NCBI GenBank assembly: GCA_963921275.4
Contig: OZ001293.3
Location: forward strand, 576,001 to 640,000
Length of the DNA: 64,000 nt
Direction of reading: 5' to 3'
Origin: an uncultured Hormoscilla sp.
GTDB taxonomy: Bacteria > Cyanobacteriota > Cyanobacteriia > Cyanobacteriales > Desertifilaceae
Below the pieces are notes generated by a model that saw only the letters and a program-made list of their open reading frames with translations, was not told the origin of the DNA and searched no databases. Below, piece by piece: positions 52,462 to 64,000 of the stretch. Positions within the stretch are counted from its first letter, which is position 1, and each line of letters begins with the position of its first letter. The position numbers were made by a program, and so were the translations under genes.

Positions 52462-55400
52462 CTATATAGGCTGTGGTCCGGGTATTAGTATGAGAACTCC
52501 AATCCCTATTACCCCTATTACACCAATCCCTATTAGAACTGCCCACTCTGCGGCTGTCAGGGTTCCGGTTTTTGATCCTGCAATAAGGTCTTGAATATAT
52601 TCTGTAAAATCATCAGTAATAGATTCATCGGCTGGCTTTTCTACTGGTTTTGCGACCGGAACTCCTGGTGGGTTACCTCCACACATATCCATGTATTTTT
52701 TCATTTTTTCTTCCAAATTCTTCTCTCGATCTCTCACTATATCTCGATGACCTTCCACACTCTCTCTCGGTTTCCCTCCCGGGCATGTCTCAGGAAGATT
52801 TAGGGGGTTTTCTTCTATCTCCCTTAGACGCTTCTCTATATCTTTCTGAAGATTTTTAATCTTTCTGGCAAGTGCTATGCAATCAGGATGACTTGGATCG
52901 AACCTCCTGACTTCGCCAAATGGATCTATATACTCTATTGGCAAATTTCCCACATAGGCATATAAATTCAACCCTCCTTCCAATCCTATTGGGTCTTCAC
53001 CAATGAAACGCCCTGCTTGGGGATCATAGAATCTTGCCCGGTAGTAGTATAAGCTTGTCTCCTCATCAAATTCCCGACCAGTGAACAAGTAGCGCGTCTC
53101 AAAGTCTGCATCAGTCTCCGAGACTACATTACCAAAAGAATCGTAGGTTATATGGTTTATTACTGTACCGCTATTGTCCGCCAAATCGCGGATGGTTCCC
53201 AGGCGATCTGTCAGATGCCAGATCGCATCGCCACCCACTTCTTCTTGAGCGAGAATTTGATCTACTTCCGGACCCTGTAGGTAACGGATGTCCAAAACTG
53301 GTTCATTGGCACCATCGGAATCGACAAACTCTAGATGCACATCAGACCCATCATAAACAAAGTGAGTAACTAGGGCATTAACTGCATCTTGGGGGTTATT
53401 GTCTACCACCTTGGCAATACGCCGATCGAAAACATCATAGGTATACTCAGCCCGCTGCGTCTCGTTACCTGCTGCATCCTTATCTATTATAGCAACCAAC
53501 CGGTTACGATAATCCCACTCCAACTCCCGCACCACACCGGTAGCGATCGCCGTCCGACGGATTAAATTTCCTTCATTATCATACTCATAATTGAACGTAC
53601 CGTCAGAAAGCAGCCGGTTGCCATCCCCCGTTTCGTAACCTTCACCGTGAATGCTAGAACTGACGCGGTTGCCATTGGCCTCGTAACTGTAGGACTCATC
53701 CGGGTTGTTAGTATCGGTGTGGTCAGATGCCGTCAACTGATCGCGGTTATCGTAGCTATAGTCAGTGACCCCGTCAATATCGGTAATCTTAGTAATGCGG
53801 CTGTCAGCATTGTAGGCGAACCTATAGAATGCCACATCTGCCGTACCGTTGTTGTGGGTTAAACTGGCCAGCCGGTTCATTCCGTCGTAGCCATAGTCAG
53901 TGCCCGTCACCAACTGAGTCCCCGCCAGGTTAACATAGCGATCGATCGCGGTAAACTGACCAATAGCATTATAGCCGAAGTCCACCCGCTTATCCCTAAC
54001 ATTGTTGCCCATCTGGGTGAGTTGGGTGAGACGGTTCAAGGAGGAGAAGCTGTAGGCATTCGTGCCCCCTGCCACCCCATTAATAGTATCTGTCACAGAC
54101 TTGACATTGCCAACACTATCATAGCCGTAGCTGAGAACCACATTAGGTGCTCCTGGAGTGCCAGTATTATCTGACGTCAGGACCCGATCTCGGTTGTCAT
54201 AGGTAAAGGCCAGGGCACTAAACCGGTCTGCCAGCAGATTGCTAGCTTTATCGTAACTGTAGTCGATCGCCTGCTCAGTTCCCACCCAAGTTTCCCCTAT
54301 CAAGCGATCGATCTCATCATAATAGAACTCAGTCCTGCGGCCATTCCCGTCCGTTCGGGCAATCAGGTTATCCACCGCATCATACTCATACTGAACGGTA
54401 TTGCCCAAGGGGTCCGTCTCGCTAATCAAGCGATTCCGGTAATCATAGACAAACGTCGTCTCGTTGTCAACCGGGTCCGTGACTGAGTTCAGGTTATCAT
54501 CTAGATCATAGCCGAACTTCGTGCTGCCACCATCGGGGTCGATCGTCTCGATTAGGCGATCGCGAGGATCGTAGATGTTCCTCGTCTCATTCCCCAGAGG
54601 GTCTACAATCGATACGAGATTGCCCAAAGAGTCATAACTGAAGCTAGTAACCTGACTCAGGGGGTCGAGCGTCTGGGTTAGGCGATCGAGCACGTCATAC
54701 CTGTTCTCAGTCACCTTACCCACAGCATCTGTAGAAGTCAATAGATTTCCCGCCCCATCGTAGGTGAAAGTAGTAACAGGCGCAGTCAGGGGGCCGTCCC
54801 CATCCGGGTCTGCTTCCGTAATCGAGATCGGACGATTCATAACGTCATATGCAAACTCCGTGCGATTGCCATTTTCATCGATAATAACCGTCCGGTTGCC
54901 AGCAGCATCGTATTCAAACCGCTGCGTCGCGGAATCTGTTGTCCCCACGGCAAAGGTAATAGAAGTCAGCAGACCAGAAGCATTATAATCATAATCCGTC
55001 ACCCGGCCCAGGGGGTCCGTGACCCGATCCAGCAGACCCTCCTCCGTGTAGGCGAACCTCCTCACGATATCGTCATCCCCCCCTACTTCTCCGATAACTT
55101 GGGTCGTAGACAACACATTACCATTAGCCGAGTCGATTTCAAACAGCGTTTGCCGTCCCAGTTCGTCAGTGATGCCAGTCAGTTGGTTGAATACCGAATC
55201 GTAGGTAAACTGCCGACCGCGAAGCGTACCCAATTCTGTCCGAGTCCTCTTTTCTTCCACCACCCGGAAGTTGTAATCGATCGTACCATCTGTCCTTTCA
55301 TCACTTAGAATCAGGATATAAGTCCCGTCTACAGGTAGCGTTACTTGAAAATCGCGCCCACCCCTTTCGTCCCTAATCGACCGATCGCCCGGTCCATAGA

Positions 55401-56060
55401 GTAACCACCTACCATTGAAACTGTCCAGGTTATCGAAGAACAATCGTCTATCTGCAGTCCCCACGCTGCGCGAAAAATCGAAACTGTAAAGGTCGCTTTC
55501 CTTGCCCAGACTGCCAGTTATCTCCGTCCCCAGGGTGAGAGTAGCAGCGTCCGCTACATCCAACAACCGGAAGTTATAGTTTCCAATATCTCCGAAGCCT
55601 CCATCCACCACCAAGCGATAAGTTCCTGCTTCCGTTAGGGTAAACAGCCCGGCGTCATAATTCGTATTGGCATACAAGTCGGTGGTCTTTCCACTGGGAC
55701 TGAACAACTGCACGCCTATATTGGAGTTCGTATCCAGACCGTCAAAGTACAGTCGCTGACCCACTGCACCTGTGAATGCGAACTCATCTACTTCCCCTGG
55801 TTCGGCAATCTCACCGGTTATCGTTTCTCCCAAGGTTAAAGCCGTGGTTGTCCTGTCGGGAGTCACCACCTGGAAGCTATAGTCAACCGTACCGTCCACC
55901 GTGCTGCCATCTAACAGTAATACATAAGTCCGTCCGTTGGTAGCGTCACATCAGAGTCACTGGACCAACGGATTAACTTATTTCCCGGTCCGTACAGGAA
56001 CCACAAACCCCTCGACGAACTCAGGCGATCGAAGAACAGTTTTTGATCTGCCGTCCCTTT
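52462..56060 (-). pseudogene. Main Rhs/YD-repeat protein, C-terminal portion; N-terminus frameshifted and separated
   Basis: PPC-like beta repeats, a YD core and EDPIGLEGGLNLYAYVGNLPIEYIDPFG, then a ~150-aa CT with a hydrophobic tail. The frame breaks near 55930. Confidence 0.88.
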
Positions 56061-56120
56061 CACGCCCCCTTCAGATAATTACCGATTAGGAGGCGATCGG
56101 CTCTTAGCCAATTGTTTTCC

Positions 56121-56513
56121 TTACAGACAGCGAAAACCGTCTTCTCCTCTTAACTTTTTATCAAAACTTGCTGTTTGGAGGCAACCCGCCTGATGGGCGA
56201 TCGCTTCTATCAAATAATCTGAAAAATCTGCGCGTCCCTCTCTCGTGCGCTGTAATGCTTGATATACAGCAGAATGATTTTCAAATTCAAAGGTGGGACT
56301 GTGCAACATTGCTTCTATAGTTTCGATGATATCTCCTTTACTAAACTTGTAAGGTTCTCCTTTAAGCACCCAAACTAGCTCGCAAAGCACTATATTAGTA
56401 ATAAAGCACTTTTCCCCTGCTTGAATTAATTCAGTAGCTTGTTTCCACTGTTCTTCATCATCGCAGGTGAAGTAGCGAATGAGAATGTTGGTATCAAGTC
56501 CAATCACTTGCAC
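56121..56513 (-). CDS. vapC: VapC/PIN toxin
   Basis: GLDTNILIR, VLCELVWVL, DFSDYLI and SFD. Confidence 0.85.
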   Translation of the reverse strand: MQVIGLDTNILIRYFTCDDEEQWKQATELIQAGEKCFITNIVLCELVWVLKGEPYKFSKGDIIETIEAMLHSPTFEFENHSAVYQALQRTREGRADFSDYLIEAIAHQAGCLQTASFDKKLRGEDGFRCL

Positions 56514-56739
56514 CCTCCATTATTGCCGCTTCCATTTCCTCTATTGTTGCTTTCTGAATACCAGGACGGTGCCGAATTCCAGATAAACTTTCGACGGGGA
56601 CGTTCAGCGGAATGATTTTTACTTGTCCGTCACGATCTATGACAAAATTAATTTTGCTGCCATCTTTCAGTTTGAGGTACTCCCGAATTTCTTTCGGGAT
56701 GGTAATTTCTCCTTTGTTGGTTACTGTCGCGATCTCCAT
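56494..56739 (-). CDS. AbrB/MazE-like antitoxin
   Basis: TVTNKGEITIPKEIREYL; overlaps vapC. Confidence 0.85.
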   Translation of the reverse strand: MEIATVTNKGEITIPKEIREYLKLKDGSKINFVIDRDGQVKIIPLNVPVESLSGIRHRPGIQKATIEEMEAAIMEGASDWT

Positions 56740-57156
56740 GTTCGAGTCCTCACTCTTCATAATGCAATTATAACGCAGTTTGGCAACAGGAGCGATCGTC
56801 CGCCCGATCTCCCACCCTTACGCCCGCCCCCCGTATCCCTTACTGCATTCTTATCTATTACAGCAACCAACCGGTTGCGATAATCCCACTCCAACTCCCG
56901 CACCACACCGGTAGCGATCGCCGTCCGACGGATTAAATTCCCACCGGGGTCCAGCGTCTCGATCAAACAATCGCGAGAATCGTAGATGTTCTTCGTCTCA
57001 TTCCCCAGGGAGTCTACTGATTGATGTCAGAGCAATGCAGCTCGAACCACGCTCTGTATTGCTCTTCGCTTCACCTATCATTTTTTTCCAATAACTTTGA
57101 AGCGCTTTATTCAGCGTCATTCAACACGTACTTCTTATATTGCTCTTTCATGCATT

Positions 57157-57878
57157 CTAAAAATGACGTAATCGCTTTTTTTGTTCCCTTGAGTTTACAG
57201 TAAAGAGCGAAGTCCCGTACTGATTTATTAACCGCAGATCCACATTTTGGAATCCAAGCACTAAGCTATCAAAGTACAACTGCTGACCGAAGGTTCCCGT
57301 AAAGCTATACACCTCTGTCTCAAATGCCGATACAGTTGCAGTTACTGTCTCGCCCAGAGTTAATTCTGTTGCATCGCCTTCGAGATCCAAGATTCGGAAA
57401 TTATAGTCTCCTACAGATGAACTACCATCCCCCAGCACCCTTACCGTATAGGTGCCCGATCGCGGGAGGATAAATGGTCTCCGATCAAAGGCAGCATTTT
57501 GGAAGAATAGTCGGGTTTCCGTGGGGTCAATAATCTCTACCCTCACCGGGTCATTGTCACCATCCAGACTATCGAAGTAAAGTTTTCGTCCTGCTGGTGC
57601 CGTGAAAGTAAAGGTCTCCTGCTGTCCTTCTGCAATATCTCCGCTAAATACTCCGTCCAAACCACTCACCGCTACTGGCTCGTCGCTCGTATCTACGAGT
57701 CGGAAGCTATAATTCGTCGTAACGCCCGTGACATTACCATCCAACACCAAGGCATAAATGCCATCTGCTGGCAAGGTTACCTCAAAGTCTCTGACCAGGA
57801 TTCCCCTATTCCGCCACCGATCCCGTCTATATATTTGCCAGTTAGCACTAAAAATCTCGTCATCATTAATGCCATCAA
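57157..57878 (-). pseudogene. Upstream Rhs N-terminal beta-repeat fragment fused to an immunity-gene tail
   Basis: Same YFDxLD and YNFR(I/L)LD repeats as the 55-56 kb region; ends in EQKK from the DUF6714-like gene. Confidence 0.7.
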
Positions 57879-58330
57879 CTAGGGCGTGTCATCAGTTAGA
57901 TTAACGATATGGATCCCCACCAAAAATATATAACAAGATGATTGAGTTGACAACCAGGATATATTGGTGTGATCTAAGAGGGTAAAGGTTAGAGCAGGAG
58001 AATTTGAGAAATGCGTCGCTATGCTTTAAGAGATGACCAGTGGGAGAGAATCAGGGACCTATTGCCAGGTCGGGAGGGTTATGTGGGGGGACAGCTAAGG
58101 ATAACCGCTTATTTGTCTATGCTGTCTTGTATCGATCTAGAGCTCTGGGATACCTTGGCGGGACTTACCCGAGCGATTTGGGGACTTGAGGGTAATTCAT
58201 ACGCGCCATAGTAGGTGGTCAAAATCCGGGGTATGGGAAAGAGTATTCAAGGTACTTGCGTCCGATGCCGATAACGAATATGCAATGATTGATGCCACGA
58301 TATAAAGGGCTCATCAACATAGTGCAGGTG
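57879..58330 (+). mobile_element. IS5-family remnant
   Basis: ctagggcgtgtcatc end; MRRYALRDDQWERI, PWRDLPERFG and IDAT..RAHQHSAGA across frameshifts. Confidence 0.8.
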
Positions 58331-58703
58331 CTCATTCAAGAAGCCTTGAAACAGAGTTCGGCCCCCCCACGAGATAACTGCGGTCAACGATGGCGTAGAA
58401 GCAATGGCCTATCTGCGCCAGGAAGAACCCTACAGTGGGGTATGGCGTCCAGACATCATCCTGCTAGACTTGAATTTACCCAGAAAGAATGGTATAGAGG
58501 TACTCACAGAATTAAAAACAGACCCGCAGTTGAAACGTATTCCCGTGTTGGTAATGACAACTTCTAGACACGCAGAAGACATTGCCATCAGCTACGACAT
58601 GCATGCCAATTGCTACATCAACAAATCAAGAAACTTGAACCATTTATTGACAATAGTCAGGAGAATTGAAGAGTTTTGGCTGGACACCGTCACTCTGCCG
58701 TAG
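58330..58703 (+). pseudogene. Rcp1-like single-domain response regulator, 5'-truncated
   Basis: PDIILLDLNLPRKNG, IPVLVMTTS, ANCYINK and FWLDTVTLP. Confidence 0.75.
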
Positions 58704-58751
58704 TTGCGCAAACAGGGAAACTGTTAGCATTGAAATGAGAAAGATAATTTT

Positions 58752-61134
<2,383 letters not shown>

Positions 61135-61140
<6 letters not shown>

Positions 61141-62482
61141 ACCAATGGTCAGATGCGGGGTACAGTACTAGTGGCCCGGGATATGACTCACGCTTATGAA
61201 CTCGCCCGGGAATTGTCTTGGCAGGCCAGTCACGACCCCCTGACGGGTTTGGCCAACCGACGGGAATTCGAGCGGTGTTTGCAAGAAGCTGTCACAGATG
61301 CTAAGACCAGAAATCAACTTCACGCCCTCTGCTATCTGGATTTAGATCAATTCAAGATTGTCAACGATACCTGCGGTCATGCCGCTGGCGATCGGCTGTT
61401 GCGCCAGGTGACGGCCCTGTTGCAAAACCAGGTCCGCAAAACGGACATCCTGGCCCGTTTGGGGGGCGATGAATTTGGCCTGCTGCTGTACCAATGCTCC
61501 CTGGAAGAGGGACGAGCAGTGGCAACCCAGCTGCTCGATAGTATTGCGGCTTTTCGGTTTGTGTGGGCAGAGAAAACTTTTACGATTGGGGTCAGCATCG
61601 GTGTAGTAGCGATTGATGCCAAGATGGTAAGCTGTGCGATGGTATTAAGTGCGGCGGATACGGCGATGTATGCGGCTAAGGATGGCGGTCGCAACCGGTA
61701 CATGTCTACCAAACGGACGATCGGGATTTGGCACAGCGGTGCGGAGACATGCAATGGGTGTCGCGGATCGTCCAAGCTCTGGAGGAAAATCGGTTCTGCT
61801 TGTACTCTCAAGTAATTGCTCCGATCCAGGCAGATGCTGGCTATCATCATGAACTGTTGCTGAGGATGTACGATACCGAGGGTCAGCTAGTATTACCGAT
61901 GGCATTTATCCCGGCGGCAGAACGCTATAATCTCATGCCAGCGATCGACAGGTGGGTAGTGCGGACTCTGTTTACTCATTTGTCCTTAACTAAGAACAAA
62001 GGCAAAAATCTCTATGCTGTAAACCTTTCAGGTGTGAGTCTCAACTCCGACCAGTTTTTGGGATTTCTGACGGAGCAGTTTGCACTCCATCAGATAGATC
62101 CCCAGCAGATATGCTTTGAGATTACGGAAACCTCAGCCATTACTAACCTGAACAAAGCCGCTCATTTCATGAGTACATTGAAGGAACTTGGTTGTTGCTT
62201 TGCCTTGGATGATTTCGGCAGTGGCATGTCCTCTCTAGCTTATCTGAAAAATCTGCTGTGGATTATCTGAAGATCGATCGGCACTTTGTCAAGAACATTG
62301 TCTCCGATCCGATTAATGCTGCCATGGTCGAAGCAATTAATCGGATCGGGCATATAATGGGTCTGCAAACCATTGCTGAGGGGGTGGGAAATCAAGCTAC
62401 CCTGGAAAAACTCAAATCCCTGGGAGTTGATTATGCCCAGGGTTACTCAATTGCCAAACCTGCCCCTTGCCTTGTAAGTTAA
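61135..62482 (+). pseudogene. GGDEF-EAL protein, 5'-truncated with two frameshifts
   Basis: HDPLTGLANRR, RLGGDEF, ELLLR, FEITET, LDDFGSG, YLKID and IAEGV spread over three ORF pieces. Confidence 0.88.
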
Positions 62483-62523
62483 ATAATGTGGTACCTGGGT
62501 ATCCCCTCGCTTGTCCTATCCCC

Positions 62524-64000
62524 TTAAAGGTGGCGGTCTAATTTTAGAGGTTGACGGGGGGCAAGTTTTTTCACTTCCTCTGTCAAGTCTAGCCAAGGCT
62601 GTAATTGTCCCAGTTGGAAGGTGCGACTCATGACTACATATATGGATGTCTGGTCGCCACCGATACCTGCTGCCTGTACGGGCTGCCACGATTTGGTTTG
62701 CAATTCATCTGTTACCTGCCACTGGTGATTTTGCCATCGCAGCCGCCGGGAAAAATAGAAGGGCGCATCTTGTTTGCCTGTAATGAGCATTTTTTGCAGG
62801 AGTTTGCGAATTAAGTTGGGAAAGAACCGTCCGAATGTTAACATTACTACCCGCAGGATTAATAAGTTGACTGGGGTCATCTGCTTTTGTTTGGCCCACC
62901 CTAGTTGACCCATAATGGTGATTTCCTCGGCACTTACTTGCACGTCGTAGTTATCGATCAGGTGACCGACGGCATTCTTTAGTTTACCTCCCGATCGCAC
63001 TTGCAGGGAGAACTGGGTATCTGAAGCCACCAGCTTCTGGTCGCGAAACAGCTTGAACGCGCCGCCTTTATTCAGGGCGATATAGAGTTCCACATTTTCA
63101 CGCCTGTCAATCAGTATTTGGGCTGACTTGAGCCATATTCTGCCGGACCTGTGCGGGACTGCTAGGGGGGTGCGATCAACAAAATCTCGCCAGGTCAGGA
63201 GATAATTCCAGGTATGATGTCCGATGATATGGTCGTCAGCATAGCATGGTGCCAAACCTCGTGCAAGTCCCTGCAGGAAACAGTCATTAATGCGTAAGGC
63301 CCCTGGCAGCCATTGCCCGATCAATTCAAAGCCGTGAGGGAAGAAATTATAGGTGTTGCGACTGGTATACTCGCCGCCGTAGGAACCGTCGGGATGCAGG
63401 AAATGGGCTGCTAGTTCGACTGCTTTCTTGAGGGCTTCTTTGAGTCTATTATTATCTGGTTGGAGTTGGTAAATTCTTGCTAAACATGATATAGTCAGGG
63501 TATGATAGCCTGGGTCGCAGCCTTCGTATTCGGGAAACCAACCTTCTTCATCTTGCCAATCTAACACTTGTTCTAAGCGTAGGGCTTTGGCTCTGTCCCA
63601 GCGGGGAGTACATAACATCTGACTGAGTATTTCCAGACAGAGGACTATGAGGGCTTGGTGATTGGTCAGGCGTCCGCTTTCCTGGTGATGGGCCAGCCAA
63701 GATGCCCGCAGTTCAAAGAATCTGAGAATTTCTGGGTTGTCTAATCCTAACATCGAGTAACTTTCGATACATGCTAGCAGGGAAAAAGCCGCTGCACCAC
63801 CGGCCCGTTCAAAGGGAAAATAATCGTCGCAGGAACCGTCTTTATGGGCGGTTTTGGCGGCAAAGAGGATTCCTGCTTCTACCCAATCTCGGATGGCGGC
63901 TTGTTGGTAAAATGGATTGCTGGGAATGTTAGTGTAGTACGCCAGGGCCAGGGGATAGACGAACTCTTGGGTCATGCCGCTGGGAAAGTCGATAATCTTG
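62524..64000 (-). CDS. Conserved hypothetical protein; starts beyond the window
   Basis: The frame is open to the window edge (KIIDFPSGMTQEF) and over 490 aa long; GWFPEYEGCDPGY and HPDGSYGG. Confidence 0.75.
   Translation of the reverse strand, partial: KIIDFPSGMTQEFVYPLALAYYTNIPSNPFYQQAAIRDWVEAGILFAAKTAHKDGSCDDYFPFERAGGAAAFSLLACIESYSMLGLDNPEILRFFELRASWLAHHQESGRLTNHQALIVLCLEILSQMLCTPRWDRAKALRLEQVLDWQDEEGWFPEYEGCDPGYHTLTISCLARIYQLQPDNNRLKEALKKAVELAAHFLHPDGSYGGEYTSRNTYNFFPHGFELIGQWLPGALRINDCFLQGLARGLAPCYADDHIIGHHTWNYLLTWRDFVDRTPLAVPHRSGRIWLKSAQILIDRRENVELYIALNKGGAFKLFRDQKLVASDTQFSLQVRSGGKLKNAVGHLIDNYDVQVSAEEITIMGQLGWAKQKQMTPVNLLILRVVMLTFGRFFPNLIRKLLQKMLITGKQDAPFYFSRRLRWQNHQWQVTDELQTKSWQPVQAAGIGGDQTSIYVVMSRTFQLGQLQPWLDLTEEVKKLAPRQPLKLDRHL

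Overview
Cyanobacterial DNA, judged from dense HIP1 GCGATCGC sites, heptamer STRR-like repeats, an NtcA box and pirA. It is probably a filamentous lineage undergoing gene decay (inference). The left half is mostly housekeeping genes (two dihydroorotases around lepB, a histidine phosphatase, gpsA, a peroxiredoxin, pyrE, an HD phosphohydrolase, a WD40 kinase) mixed with pseudogenes and MITE-like repeats. The right half is accessory: an IS982 in an NFACT gene, a nested cluster of group II introns (33.8-42.1 kb), a scrambled Rhs toxin/immunity array (42.6-57.9 kb) and a decaying signalling cluster with another ORF-less intron. Two observations stand out. (1) A family of 42-45 nt hairpin micro-elements has a fixed loop and fully co-varying stems; they insert without target duplication, keep the reading frame inside genes, and nest in one another. 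(2) A family of ORF-less group II introns has EBS sequences individually retuned to each target, including two targets inside another intron. All family assignments come from motif recognition, not database searches.
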